A stretch of 63,870 nucleotides of DNA, filler included, from Vannella sp. (lineage: Eukaryota): the NCBI GenBank assembly GCA_023345925.1. It is 8 parts of 8 records of this genome, joined end to end, with 100 filler letters (N's around TTAATTAATTAA, not from the genome) between each part and the next. Parts side by side here need not be neighbours in the genome. Positions count along the whole stretch, not along the records: positions 33,764 to 46,038 come from JAJQQN010000875.1; positions 46,139 to 51,924 come from JAJQQN010001423.1; 6 more parts are not named here. One strand, 5' to 3'. Position 1 is the stretch's first letter. Each line of letters begins with the position of its first letter. Positions 34,831 through 46,265 of the stretch are shown piece by piece. The notes below the pieces were generated by a model. The model saw only the letters and a program-made list of their open reading frames with translations. It did no database searches and was not told the DNA's origin. Position numbers and translations under genes: made by a program.

Positions 34831-36776
34831 TTAGTTGGCCAGGGCCTCTTCCTCCTCTGCAATGTTTTTGACCACAGCATCAGCTTGGTCCTTTGCCTCC
34901 TCCTTGATGCTCTTGGACTCCTTTTCTGTATCGGCTTCGGCGGGAGTGTCTTCCTTGTCGTCTGCCTCCTTCTCGTCATTGGAAGGTTTGTCAGATTCGA
35001 CGGCTTCCTCTTTTGTCTCTTCTTTGTCTTCTTTAGTGCCCTTCTTAGGCTTCTTCTCTTCAGTGGCCTTCTTGGCATCCTTGCCCTTTCCCTTGAAGAT
35101 GGATCTGAATCCCGTTTTGGTCTTCTTGCCTGCGTCCTCAGTCTCAGCCTGCTTGGCAAGAGGCTCTCCTGGGGCGCTTGCGTCCTCCGTTGCGGACTCC
35201 CCAGCGACATCAGCGCTCTCTCCTTCTGGGAGCTTGGCACTCTCCTGGCCTTCCTTTTCTTCACTCTCCACTGTATCAGCCTCACGAGATGCCTCTGACT
35301 CAGCGACAGCATCCTCCTTTGGCTCTCCCTCGGACTCTTGAGGGGGGATAGTGTCCTCATCTTGGGTATTCAAAGAGCTGCGAGCCTCTTCGCTGTGCTT
35401 GCGCAAGCCAGAAGCCCAATACTCAAAGTTCTCATCAGAGGCTGCCCGCAAGTGATAGGTGCGGGACGTTGTGATCAGGTCAAAGTCGAATGGAGTCTTC
35501 TCGCGCTTCTTCTCAACTACTTCTGTGATGGTTGAGATATCGATCAGCCCCGTCTCCTTGCTCCGATCAAAGTAGCGGAGGTTATTGCCTTGGAGGACGA
35601 AGCGGCGACGCTGCCACTGCTTGATACCGCGCTGGCCTTGTTTCATCAGTTCTCCTTCGAGGAGGATTGGCCCGCCAGGGAACTCTTCGCTTTGCTCCTT
35701 GACTGGAACAAACTCCTTCTTTTTGACAGACTTGGCTCCTTTCTTACCCGTTGGCTCCTCAGCAACCACTGGCAAAGGCTCCGCTGCAGCGACGACTGCT
35801 TCGTCAGCTTCAGGAAGGGCTCTTGCTCCTTCAGAGTCCCCGTTGATGTCCTTGGGAGCTTCCTGTTCCTCAGTAGGCTGGATCACCTCCTCCTTTTTCT
35901 CCTCCACTGCAGCAGAACTGATCGGGGCTGCCTCCTCCTTCACCTCGTCCTTCACCTCGTCTTCAGCGACAGCCACGGGAGCATCCACCTCACGAGTGGA
36001 CTCCTTCTCGTTGGTATCGTCCTGCTCCACCTGTTTGTCTTGTGGATCCTCGTCAGTGGTTTGGAGAGGCGTTTTTGCGGTGTCACTCTCAACGACATTC
36101 TCAACAGTAGCATCAGTGATCTCCTTCTCAATGCTTTCAGGTGTATCAATGATGTCATCAACGACAGCAGCTCCTTCGACCACAGCAGAATCGATCTCCT
36201 TCTCAGCACTTGCGACAGAGTCAGTTGCATCGGATGCTACAGCTGCGCCACCAGCAACTGCTAAAGCGACAGCTGCGCCACCGGCTACAGCAAGGCCACC
36301 GGCTACAGCAAGGCCACCAGCTACAGCGAGACCAGCCACGGCAAGACCAGCCACGGGCGTAACTCCCTCGGTGGACTCGTCCACGTTTGGGTTCTCTCCA
36401 GCGACAAGCTCGTGGGCTTCAGAAGGCTTCTTCTCGAGCTTGGACTTCTTTTCGTCCTTGTTCTTTCGGCCAAAGATCTTCCCCAGCTTTCCTTCCTTCT
36501 TGGGAGTTCCTTCCACGGGTGGCACGGTTCGGGAGGCGATCTGGCTTGACCCACGTGGAGAGACTGGTGACTCAGGTACAGCAGTGGGGGTTGCCTCTTT
36601 CATATGAGTGATATCGGCCTGCATGACGTCCATGCGAGTGTGAAGGGAAACCAACAACTCCTTCAACGACCGGTTCTCCTCCAACAACAGAGCGAGTTGC
36701 TTCTCAATGTTCTACAACGAGTGTCAGCAAAGTCTGCGACAGAAGGGAGGCTACAGACCTGGTTCGACTCGCTCAT
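34831..36776 (-). CDS. Acidic low-complexity protein with a PH domain and N-terminal coiled coil
   Basis: LEGELMKQGQRGIKQWQRRRFVL...LRYF...RTYHLRA...WASGL; short first exon MSESNQ. Confidence 0.85.
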
Positions 36777-37456
36777 CGGGCAACCAACAACTGGAACCTT
36801 CCACCAAAGTTTGTGATTGGCTGAGATATATTGCCTTTTCAGGAGTTCTCGAAAATAGACTTTCCCAATTAAACTGTTAAATGTCAGGAATTGCGTCAGA
36901 AAAATGTCTCCTTTTACCTCTTTTTCACTGCCATTCATTGGGACCCTTTCGGGTGAAGCAAAGAAAGGAATTGGCCCAACCCGCCACGCCCCACAACCCG
37001 CATCAAGAACGAGGGAGTGGTGGCTCCCCAGTCCGGACAGCTGAACCGGTTGCGGGTTGGTGCCCGCTTTTTGACGCATTTTCGCATCTTCGGTGTGACC
37101 AAACAAGCCTTGAAAATGAGTCACAAGATCAATCAAGGTCTTAATCAACGCATAAGTTTACCAACAACCCTTTTCCTATGATCAGCGATGTGCCAAGTCC
37201 CCTTTTGGTAGCCTGGATGAAGAGAAAATCCACGAGTGGGGAAGAACTTCGAGATGAGATCACCAAACTCTCTCTCCATGGCCTCTGTGCCAGTGGAAAG
37301 TGCGACAAACCACAGAAAGATTAGTCAGGTCATGCTGGAGTGACGATGGATAGATTGGGAAGGTAGGAATCACCGCGGCGTCTGCCCTTCTGGAGGCATA
37401 CCTGAGGTTTATTTGCCCATGAAACGTGAGAAATCAGGCAAAGAGAAACACAGGGG

Positions 37457-40215
37457 CTAGCGGACAAGGACCTTAACACGAGTGTTAGTACTACGCTTGT
37501 TCTCCATTCGGCGAGTCTTGGCCGGGTGGTGGTTGGGGCCTCGTTTGCCCTTTTGCTTGTCCAGTTTGCGTTGGAATCGCTTCTTGGTCTGATCTTTGAT
37601 TTTGCGAGCTTTAGCCACCTCGTCTGGCGTCTTAAGTTCATCCTTGGCCTGGCCATTGGACTCTCCCTGGTCGGCGTTATGACGGAAGCGTCTCTGTCGC
37701 CGAAGCTCTGCCAGAGTTGTCGCAGAACCAGTGGCAGACTCTTCCTCTTCTCCCACTTTCTGAATGACAAGCTTCGACTTGCGCAGCCACTCCTTGTATC
37801 TGTTTCAAGGTGAGTTATTTAGCTCTGTTTGTTCCCATTCTTGTCTGTTCACTCACATATTCGGGCGGTCCTTTGCATCAATGAGAGCGCCGCTCTCATT
37901 TCGAATCTTACTCTTCTTTGTCTCTGTCCCAAAGATGGATGACTTTGTACCGCCTGTTCCCACAAACTTCTTCTTCTTTCGGTCCCACTTCATGGACTGA
38001 TTGCGAGAGAGCATCTTGTCTCGTTCATCAGGCATAAGGTCCAACACAACATCAGAAGTGCTTCTTTCAAAGTCTCCTTTGATAGACAATCCGCGCTCAG
38101 AGTGTTCGTCACCCTTCGAGTGAAGCATGTAGAACTCGCTGTCTTTGAAATCTGTTTGCTTCTTCTTCTTCTTCTTCTCAGGCAAAGGAGTGGAATCAGA
38201 GATGTCTCGCATGCGCTTCTGTCCAATTTCTGGCATTGCATCAGCGATTTTTTGCGCCTTGAGCTCCTTGGCACGAGCAATTAGGCCACCGTGAATGTAA
38301 TTTTTCTTCTTCATGATCTCTAAAGCATTAGCTCCAACTCCTTCTGTACCAGGCATCACTCGACTTTGCATGGGAGTCAATCGATTCCGCTGTCGGATCT
38401 CCATGATGGTTTGAGCAGGCCGGAACTGCTTCAGAGACTCTACAAAGTCAAACCGTTCGGCTTCTTTGGCATCAACCTCTCGCTCAAGCGCAGGGTGAAT
38501 GGGGATCGGTTGGTCAATCTCCTTGAATCGGGTGACAGACTCAGGTGAGGCCGTTGATCTTGTACGGAAGTAGAGTTTGTACGCGTTCTTAACAACCTTA
38601 GTCATTGCTGTCAGCTCCACAGAAGTTTCCACCAGACTGTTTGCGTTATCTGCTTGGTGGTCGAGAATGTACTGTGGGATACGGCCGTAAGAGCACTTGG
38701 CATCGGTAGTGGAGAGTCTCTTGCCCAAGAAAAGGTGCAAGTCAATCATGTACGGCATCTCTTCAGGAGAAACAAGAGAATACGCGGTTCCTATTCGTCC
38801 TGCACGAGCAGCACGTCCCACCCGATGGATGAAAAGCTTCGGCTTGCCCGGAAAGTCAAAATTAATGACGTTATCAAGAAGAGGAATGTCAATTCCACGA
38901 GCAGCCACGTCTGTGACGATCAGAATGGACGGATAACCCTTCCGGAAGCGGTTGAGATTGATCTTTCGAGCAGACTGGTCCATGTTACCGTAGATTGGAA
39001 GAGCCTCCACTCCTGCAAGCCGAAGGATCTCTTGCAAGTACTCGACGTGATGTCTGGTGGCAGTGAAGACGATAGTCATCTTGCCTTCCTCAATGAAAGT
39101 GCTCAAAAGGTAAATAAGAGCCCCAATCTTCTCCTCTGTGCGACAGCAAAGGAACGACATAGTCAGATCCTACCCTATCCTGTCAGCATCAAGCTCCCTG
39201 ACACCCAGTCCCTTACATCACTGATCTTGGTCTCAGTGTCCAAGCGAAGGAGGGTTGGATTATGGAGCCCAGCTTTGGCAAAGTCGACGAGCACTCGAGG
39301 CATTGTAGCTGACATCAGAACAGTCTAAATGACTCGTCAGAGGGAGCTTTGCTACTTGACTGAAGCTTACTTGGCGATTGGCACCAACCCGATTCATGAG
39401 CTCGCCAATCTGCTGAGAGAACCCCATTTCAAAGAGGCGATCGGCTTCATCGAAGACAAGATACTCAACCAAGCTCAATGACATCTCCACCTCGATCAAG
39501 TGATGCAACAGGCGGCCAGGAGTGGCAACAATGCTTCATCCCAACGATCAGAACACACCAGAGTACCGAGATACAGCAGGAACCACATACATATCGGGAT
39601 TTCTGGACAGATCAGTGAACTGGGAGTCCATCGAGTCACCTCCAACGATCACACAAGCTCGTAGATCGGTAAAACGGCCAATATCCATCGCAAACTTCAT
39701 CGTCTGCAACGCCAGCTCTCTCGTGGGTGATAGAATGAGTGCTCTCACTCCTACCTGACCCCTTGTTAGCGTTGATCTTGCTTAGAATACGCAAAGGGCC
39801 TTACTCGAGCTGAATGTGACTTCAATCGTTGGAAGAGAGGGACGAGGAAGGCTGCTGTCTTTCCTAGAAGGGTATGAGAGGCCTGATCCAGAAGGAGGAG
39901 AAGGCTACCAACCAGATCCCGTGCGCGCCATAGCAACAACATCAACACCTTGGTTCAGGATTGGAATCACTTTACGCTGGATTGGTGTGGGAACCTTGTA
40001 TCCCTTCGTCAAGATACCCTTCAGGATACCTTGGTCCAGTCCTAAGAGAAAGACCACCCGCATTAACACAACCCAAGTAGAAGGGCCAACAACGCACCCA
40101 TCGACTGAAAGCCTCCCGACTTCTTCTTCTTCTTGTTAAGTCCACCCTCGGAAGAGACACCCAACTTCTCGTCGCTAAAGTCCTGGGTAGAAGGAAAGTC
40201 CTCGAAGTCGGCCAT
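37457..40215 (-). CDS. DDX54: DEAD-box RNA helicase DDX54/Dbp10
   Basis: [60 protein letters not shown]10 C-terminal [10 protein letters not shown]; many introns; 3' end approximate. Confidence 0.93.
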
Positions 40216-40328
40216 GATCAGCCCTCGACCCCAACAAAATGATGAAATCTGTCCAATCAGATCGGAAATGAAGAAATAATTGGTAATAAAGCGTAACTGG
40301 CAGAGGGACGTTCCATTGGGTACTTGGG

Positions 40329-40779
40329 ATGTCCTTCTTGGCTGGTTTGCCCTCCTCGGGGCTCTTTATGGGGTCGTTCCCATCTCATTCACAGGTATGG
40401 AGGGTTGGTGTTGGTTGTATGTGCTCATTGGAAGGACAGCAGGCCCCTCAGCCCTATCTTTGCGTGCACAACACAGCTCCTCATCGTAAGTAGCTTTGGA
40501 GGGCTTTCTGGGTCTGATTGGGCCTTTCAGCGAGTCAAATCATAACAGTAGACGATGCTAATCCACTTATTCGAGCTCTTAAGCGGCGCCAAGAAGCCAA
40601 ATCGAGCAAGCGGTACGTCATGAGCACTCACTCCCCATTCCTCCAGGATCCCCTCCTGACACCTTCACAGGACACGAGATCCAGGTCCCTTGAAAGGTCC
40701 TGATTCTAAGAAGCAAAAGACTGGTACGTCTACCCAACCAGAGACCTCTAATCAGCTGACCCTCTCATCAGAACAGTGA
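40329..40779 (+). CDS. DDA1: DDA1 (DET1- and DDB1-associated protein 1)-like small protein
   Basis: Four small exons give MSFLAGLPS...QPYLCVHNTAPHPSQIITVDDANPLIRAL..., matching the DDA1 pattern FLxGLP / PxVYL / QIIVTxxxNILLR. Confidence 0.7.
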
Positions 40780-40868
40780 CCAAAATGTGTACTTTACAAG
40801 ACCACGCCAGGCCACTGGAGAGAACGAAGATAAACGAGCTCTTCAAGTGATCACTACTCGCTGCGCAT

Positions 40869-43335
40869 TCATTCAGAGCGCTGTGTGGCTGATGCGCTGA
40901 GAAAACTGAGGATGAATAGGGCTCCTCTGCGCTGTAACTCCGGATCAGTACTCTGGCGTGAAGTATGAAGGAGTGCTGGTTCGAATATGCAAGCTATGGA
41001 GGCAATCAGCAAAGGCGCAAAGAGGGGAACGCAGGGACTCACCCAGTCGTTCTGCTGTTAGGCCATTCTTGGCACTTTGTAAGAGGACTTCCTCTCGCAG
41101 AAAGGCCATTAAGTACATGAAGACACTGTAATGAACCGTAGTGGCACCAAGAAGATACTTCCCGCACTCTTCTGCAGAAGAGAGTCCAACACACTTTTCC
41201 ACAATGGATGAATCGACTACTGGCTGTTGCAGAGATTGCAAAAAGAAGATGAGGCATCCTCCTACAGACTGAACGGACCCTTGGTACTCTTCAAGGTCCC
41301 TTCCAGTATCCAAATAGTCCACTAATGTCTGGATCTCTTCGTTGTTCCCGGTATCAACAAACAGCTGGGGCTGTTCCAACCCTTTTTGGTGCAGGTAATC
41401 GAGCAAATAGCGTAGTTCCTTGGGGACACTCAACGCTAATGACTTCTCAGGGAGAGGGCGATTGTCTCTGATAGGGAAAGGATGGCGGACAAGGTTCTCA
41501 AGAGTATTCCCCAGGCAAGTACGGAGAAACTCGCCTGTGATTTCTACCTTTTCGGAAGATTGAGGACTTGGAAACCTCCGGTGCCCGTCTTACTCACATA
41601 ATGGTCCGCTCCATTCTCTAAGTGAATGATGATAACGTCGTCGAGCGTATCTGTGTTGAAGTTCAAGAGAGTGGCGATCTCGGAGTTGATAAGGAGCGTG
41701 AACTTAATCTCCAACACTTCCGTTGGAACCAATATCCCTTGGTCAGGGTACACTTTCAACCAAGGCTTACAAGGAGCCAATGCACCAGGCTTGCTCATTA
41801 AGCTAAACTTCAGAATTGATCTACTCTACTCTAATTGAGAAGGTTCTACCACATGGGAGTGCGAGAGTACATACCACCGCTTTGGTCTGATTGGTGAGAA
41901 GAATGGACCTTGTTTGAGGGCAATTGATTCTGACTGGCCCGAAATCAAGCTTTTGAGAGCTCAAGTGACATTGAGGGATCATTTCGTTCTCTTCCTGATC
42001 CAAACGGCGGACAATGTCTTGTTGGACTTGGAGTCGCTTATTGTGAAGGATTGTTCTCGCAGCCACTTTGAGGACTGCACTGACTGGTCTATGATCTGAA
42101 GAGAGAATCTCGTGTCGGTTATAGCTTATATGAGCGTACACGGCGTCTCCCATCCACAGTATTCGGTCACACCAGGCTGGATCTCGCATTTTCTCGCTTG
42201 TGTCGTACGTGTTGGTCCCCGAATCATACTTGTAGGTCGGTAAGAAGGTGATTGGAGCTTCTGTGAACTCTAAGAAGCAGTTCCCTTCAAGCCGTTGGAG
42301 AAAGAGTTGATCGTGAACCAGAAGATCCAAGTGTCTGCCGTTTAGGATGGCGCTACGCACTTTTCCTCCCGGTAGATCTATTCGATAGTTTAAGTCGCCT
42401 ATCCAGAAGACAGCACTAGCTTGCAGTGAGTCAGGGCGATTAGGGAGATCCAGAGGACTCACTCGTGTTGGAAGAGTGAATAGGACTCGCATGGAGAAAG
42501 AGGACTCGCATCTTCAAAGAGAAGCCTCCTGCAGACCTCACTGTAGTCTTGATTCCGTCTTACTACGTTCTCAGAGTGAGCAGAAAGATGGGAATTGATG
42601 AAGCAGATCGAAGTCTCCCTTAACTTGAACCGTATCCCCACAGCACCTTTGTTACCCTATCTGAGTGTAAGGATGGAGCAAACTACAAGGTCTTAGTACC
42701 ATCTTGCCCATAATCCCGCATCCTGCAGAGGCAGATCGAACGTCTGAGATCTCTCTTCGGTGTGATTGCCGAACAAACAGGCAAAGGAACATCCCCACTA
42801 GCTGTTTTGAAGTAATCTAACAATGAGATTAGTGTGGAACCTCAAGAAGGTGTGCTGATCCTCCCTACCAAGGAGTAGCTTGCGTTCTTGCTAATACTTT
42901 GGAGAATCAGCTTTTCCCAAGGGCCAGCCTTTGATGTATCACCCAGTAAGAGAGCTTGCCCTGTAAGATCCATCTCTTGGAACCTGTGGTTGACAGCAAA
43001 TGAGCGCGCCTGATGGAGTGGGAGTGTACCCAGCGAAAACTCACCCCACAGCCACAATAACCGGAGAAAGGTTCTCTCCACACAACCAGGCATCAAGAGA
43101 CGAGGGAGGGTCCTTCCCATTCACATTCCATGTCCCGCAGAACACCCTTCATCGTCGTCATGATCAGAGTTCGGTTGAACCTCCCGAACTCTCCGCACTC
43201 ACGTTACTACTTCCTCCTCTATGAACTCCTCATCTCTCTCTTTAAGCTTGACAGAGACTTGCTCTGAAAACTTTGAACTATCTAACAACAACGTCACCCC
43301 AAATCCTCCATTCACCAGCCGCCCATACCGTACAT
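40869..43335 (-). CDS. OCRL: OCRL/INPP5B-type inositol 5-phosphatase with ASH and RhoGAP-like domains
   Basis: GTWNVNG, FQEMDL, GIMG...NKGAVGIRF, NSHLSAH, FWIGDLNYRI, PTYKYD, PAWCDRILW, SDHRPV, SVPKELRYLLDYL. Confidence 0.9.
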
Positions 43336-43538
43336 CCCAATGGGAAATGATAAGATTTAAACCACATAAAATAATAGTCCAAGTGAACATTGCCACAACA
43401 CAACCGCGAGAAGATTTTTACCCCTCCCGAAAAGGTAGTCAATCAACTTAAGGGCGTCGGATTGGTCAAACGACCCTAAATATCTGAGGCGGGTATATCT
43501 TCGAGAGGGGAGTTCTGTTCATCTTTTGTTTCATCGAG

Positions 43539-44891
43539 ATGTCCCGCATCGTTCGCTCAAGCAAGTTCCGACACGTCTTCGGCAACCCCGAGAAGCGTGA
43601 GAACACCTTTGATGGTGTTAAGGTTTCCGGAAGTGCCTGGGACTCCAACAAGGTCGCTGCTGGCAACAAGTTTGTAGCTTCCATTTGGGAGAGTGGCGGT
43701 GGTGGCTCTTTCGCTGTTTTCGCCAACGACAAGGCTGGAAAGCTCGGTGGTGACACCCCCCTCGTCACCGGACACAAGGGCAAGGTCCTCGACATCGCCT
43801 TCTCCCGCTTCAACGACAACCTCGTCGCCTCCGTTTCTGAGGATGGTAACGGTCGTCTGTGGGCTATCCCCGATGGTGGTCTTACCCAGAGCCTCGTTGA
43901 CCCCGTCCAGACCCTTATCGGCCACAAGAGAAAGGTCGGAACCGTCAACTTCCACCCCACCGCTGACAACGTCGTTGCTACCTCCTCCACCGACTACACC
44001 GTCAAGGTTTGGGACATCCAAAGCGGAGACGCCAAGAACACCGTCACTGGACACTCCGACATTATTCAAAGTGTTGACTGGAACTACGATGGTTCCCTCA
44101 TTGTTACCACCTCCAAGGACAAGAAGATCCGCATCCTCGACCCCCGTCAAGGAACCGTCACCTCTGAGGCCAACGGACATCCCGGTGTCAAGGGATCCCG
44201 TGCTATCTGGCTCGGAGAGAAGGGAACCATCTTCAGCGTTGGTTTCTCCAAGTCCTCTGACCGTGCCTACCACATCCTCGACCCCCGCAACCTCGAGACC
44301 CCCATCGTCGCTGCCAACATCGATACCTCCTCTGGTGTTCTGATGCCCTTCTACGATAACGACACCAACCTCCTCTTCCTTGCCGGTAAGGGAGACGGTA
44401 ACATCCGTTACTTCGAGATTGATGACGAGAAGCCATACATCCACTACATCGCCGACTACAAGTCAGCCACTCCCCAACTCGGTATGGCTATGCGCCCCAA
44501 GACTGCTTGCGACATTGCTTCTTGCGAGGTCGTCTCCATGATCAAGGCCTGCAAGACCGCCCTTGAGCCCATCCACTTCTGCGTTCCCCGCAAGTCTGAG
44601 CTCTTCCAGGACGATATCTTCCCCGATACCCCCGGATCTGACCCCTCTCTCTCTTCTGATGAGTGGTTCGGTGGAGCCAACAAGCCCCCCGTCAAGGTTT
44701 CCCTCGAGAACGGCTTCGTCCCCAAGAAGTCTGAGTTCAAGCCCACCGTTGTCAAGGAGGTCCAAGAGGAGAAGCCCCGAACTGAGGTTGAATGGCGCGC
44801 TGAGGTCGAGGCTCTCACCAAGCGAGTCGCTTACCTTGAAGCCGAGGCTGCCAAGAAGGACGCCAAAATCAAGGACCTCGAGGCCAAGTAA
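43539..44891 (+). CDS. corA: Coronin (short, class 1-like)
   Basis: MSRIVRSSKFRHVFG, WD repeats, AGKGDGNIRYFE, VPRKSELFQDDIFPDT, C-terminal coiled coil; strong C-ending codon bias; intronless. Confidence 0.97.
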   Translation: MSRIVRSSKFRHVFGNPEKRENTFDGVKVSGSAWDSNKVAAGNKFVASIWESGGGGSFAVFANDKAGKLGGDTPLVTGHKGKVLDIAFSRFNDNLVASVSEDGNGRLWAIPDGGLTQSLVDPVQTLIGHKRKVGTVNFHPTADNVVATSSTDYTVKVWDIQSGDAKNTVTGHSDIIQSVDWNYDGSLIVTTSKDKKIRILDPRQGTVTSEANGHPGVKGSRAIWLGEKGTIFSVGFSKSSDRAYHILDPRNLETPIVAANIDTSSGVLMPFYDNDTNLLFLAGKGDGNIRYFEIDDEKPYIHYIADYKSATPQLGMAMRPKTACDIASCEVVSMIKACKTALEPIHFCVPRKSELFQDDIFPDTPGSDPSLSSDEWFGGANKPPVKVSLENGFVPKKSEFKPTVVKEVQEEKPRTEVEWRAEVEALTKRVAYLEAEAAKKDAKIKDLEAK

Positions 44892-44953
44892 AGACTTACC
44901 TCCTGATGTAAAAGGATCCGCAAATCCGCTGAGATCAATAAATAGCTTCTCAC

Positions 44954-46038
44954 TTGTTATTCTTCGCTCAACTGGAGCTTCTGTTCGAGGGGGAAGCTCC
45001 CACGAGGCGCCCGGTCCCAAAGGCCAAGCCCGTTCAGAAGAAGATCGTCACAAGCATACCTCAAGTTCGGTCTGACGCACGAGATACGGCTGAGTTTGAT
45101 ACCCTGTTGGGGGCTGCTTCGAGATCCACCTCCAGCCAGGGACCTAAAAAGGTGATCAAGCGAGTCGTTCGCAAGGTCAAGAAGGATGCTTCTGTTTTAC
45201 CCCCTCTTGAAGACGATCTTGACTTCTTACAACCCCTTGGCACCGGCTTCTCCCTTCAAATGGGAGTGAGGTCCCCTCCACGCGAAGTCGAACTTCCCCC
45301 TCTGGACGAGACTGTCCCAGTCACCCATGCTCCTCACCCACAAGGAGGCAAAGCCAATCCTTTTTCCTTCTTTCAGCTGGACGAGGGGCATGGTGATCAA
45401 CCCCCGTCCGCCTCTTTGCCCGTTCTCTCCTCTGATTCGGACAACGAGTGGGAAGACACATCTCACGACCACGCACCGCCCTTTCACACAGAGAATGCTA
45501 ACTCATCCTCCATGGATATGCTTCTCAGCCTTCCAGACGTTTCCTCCCCGCCTGATGAGTTCACCCACCCGTCTCGAAGTGCCCAAGGAACAGGCTTCCG
45601 TTCTATACCTCCAAGCAGTGACAACTGGCGTGAACGTGCTTTGATTGCCGAGCGAGACGCAGCAAGGTGGGAGAGTTGCTGCGTCAGACAGAAGGAACAG
45701 CTCGGAGAAGCCGAACGGCGCATCGAAAAGCTCAAGAGCAAGGAGAAAGCAGATGCAGAGCAAATGGACAACCTCTTACAAAAGGTAGAGAGCAACCTAC
45801 AGCAGTCCCGGCAGCGCTACGAGGAGCGCATTGCCAAGATGGAACGTGAACTTCATAACGCCACTCGCATGGTGCAGCACCTGACACAACGGGAGCATGT
45901 AGAGATCCCCGATAACTTCGAAGAGTATCTCGGGTTCATGAATGGTGGACGAGCCAAAGCGGCGCACGCTTCCAACCAACTCAAGATCCTTTCTGACACT
46001 GCGGAGGTTCAAGTTCAAGGGCTTCTGAAGGGCTGCGC
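44954..46038 (+). CDS. ENTR1/SDCCAG3-like coiled-coil protein (3'-truncated, start uncertain)
   Basis: ANPFSFF motif; KEKADAEQMDNLLQKVESNL; AAHASNQLK...AEVQVQGLLKG; first ATG only at 45260. Confidence 0.6.
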
Positions 46039-46138
46039 NNNNNNNNNNNNNNNNNNNNNNNNNNNNNNNNNNNNNNNNNNNNTTAATTAATTAANNNNNN
46101 NNNNNNNNNNNNNNNNNNNNNNNNNNNNNNNNNNNNNN
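46039..46138. other. Artificial contig-joining linker
   Basis: N44-TTAATTAATTAA-N44. Confidence 0.98.
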
Positions 46139-46265
46139 CCATATTTTGGTGCAGAGAATCCGCAGTCGCAGAAGCTCTGGTCGTCCTTCTCTTCTTGAGA
46201 TGAACTTCAGGATTCCTGGGAAACAATTTCTTCATCGAAATGCTGGTTCTGGATTCTCTCGAAAG

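Noticed and set aside
34779..36607. Long overlapping ORFs opposite the PH-domain gene (similar ones over Nup54 and 10343-11068)
   Set aside because: Low-complexity coding sequence lacks stops in other frames; no protein-family motifs.
43557..44444. 295-aa antisense ORF and alternative-frame ORFs over coronin
   Set aside because: Shadow ORFs caused by strong C-ending codon bias of a highly expressed gene.
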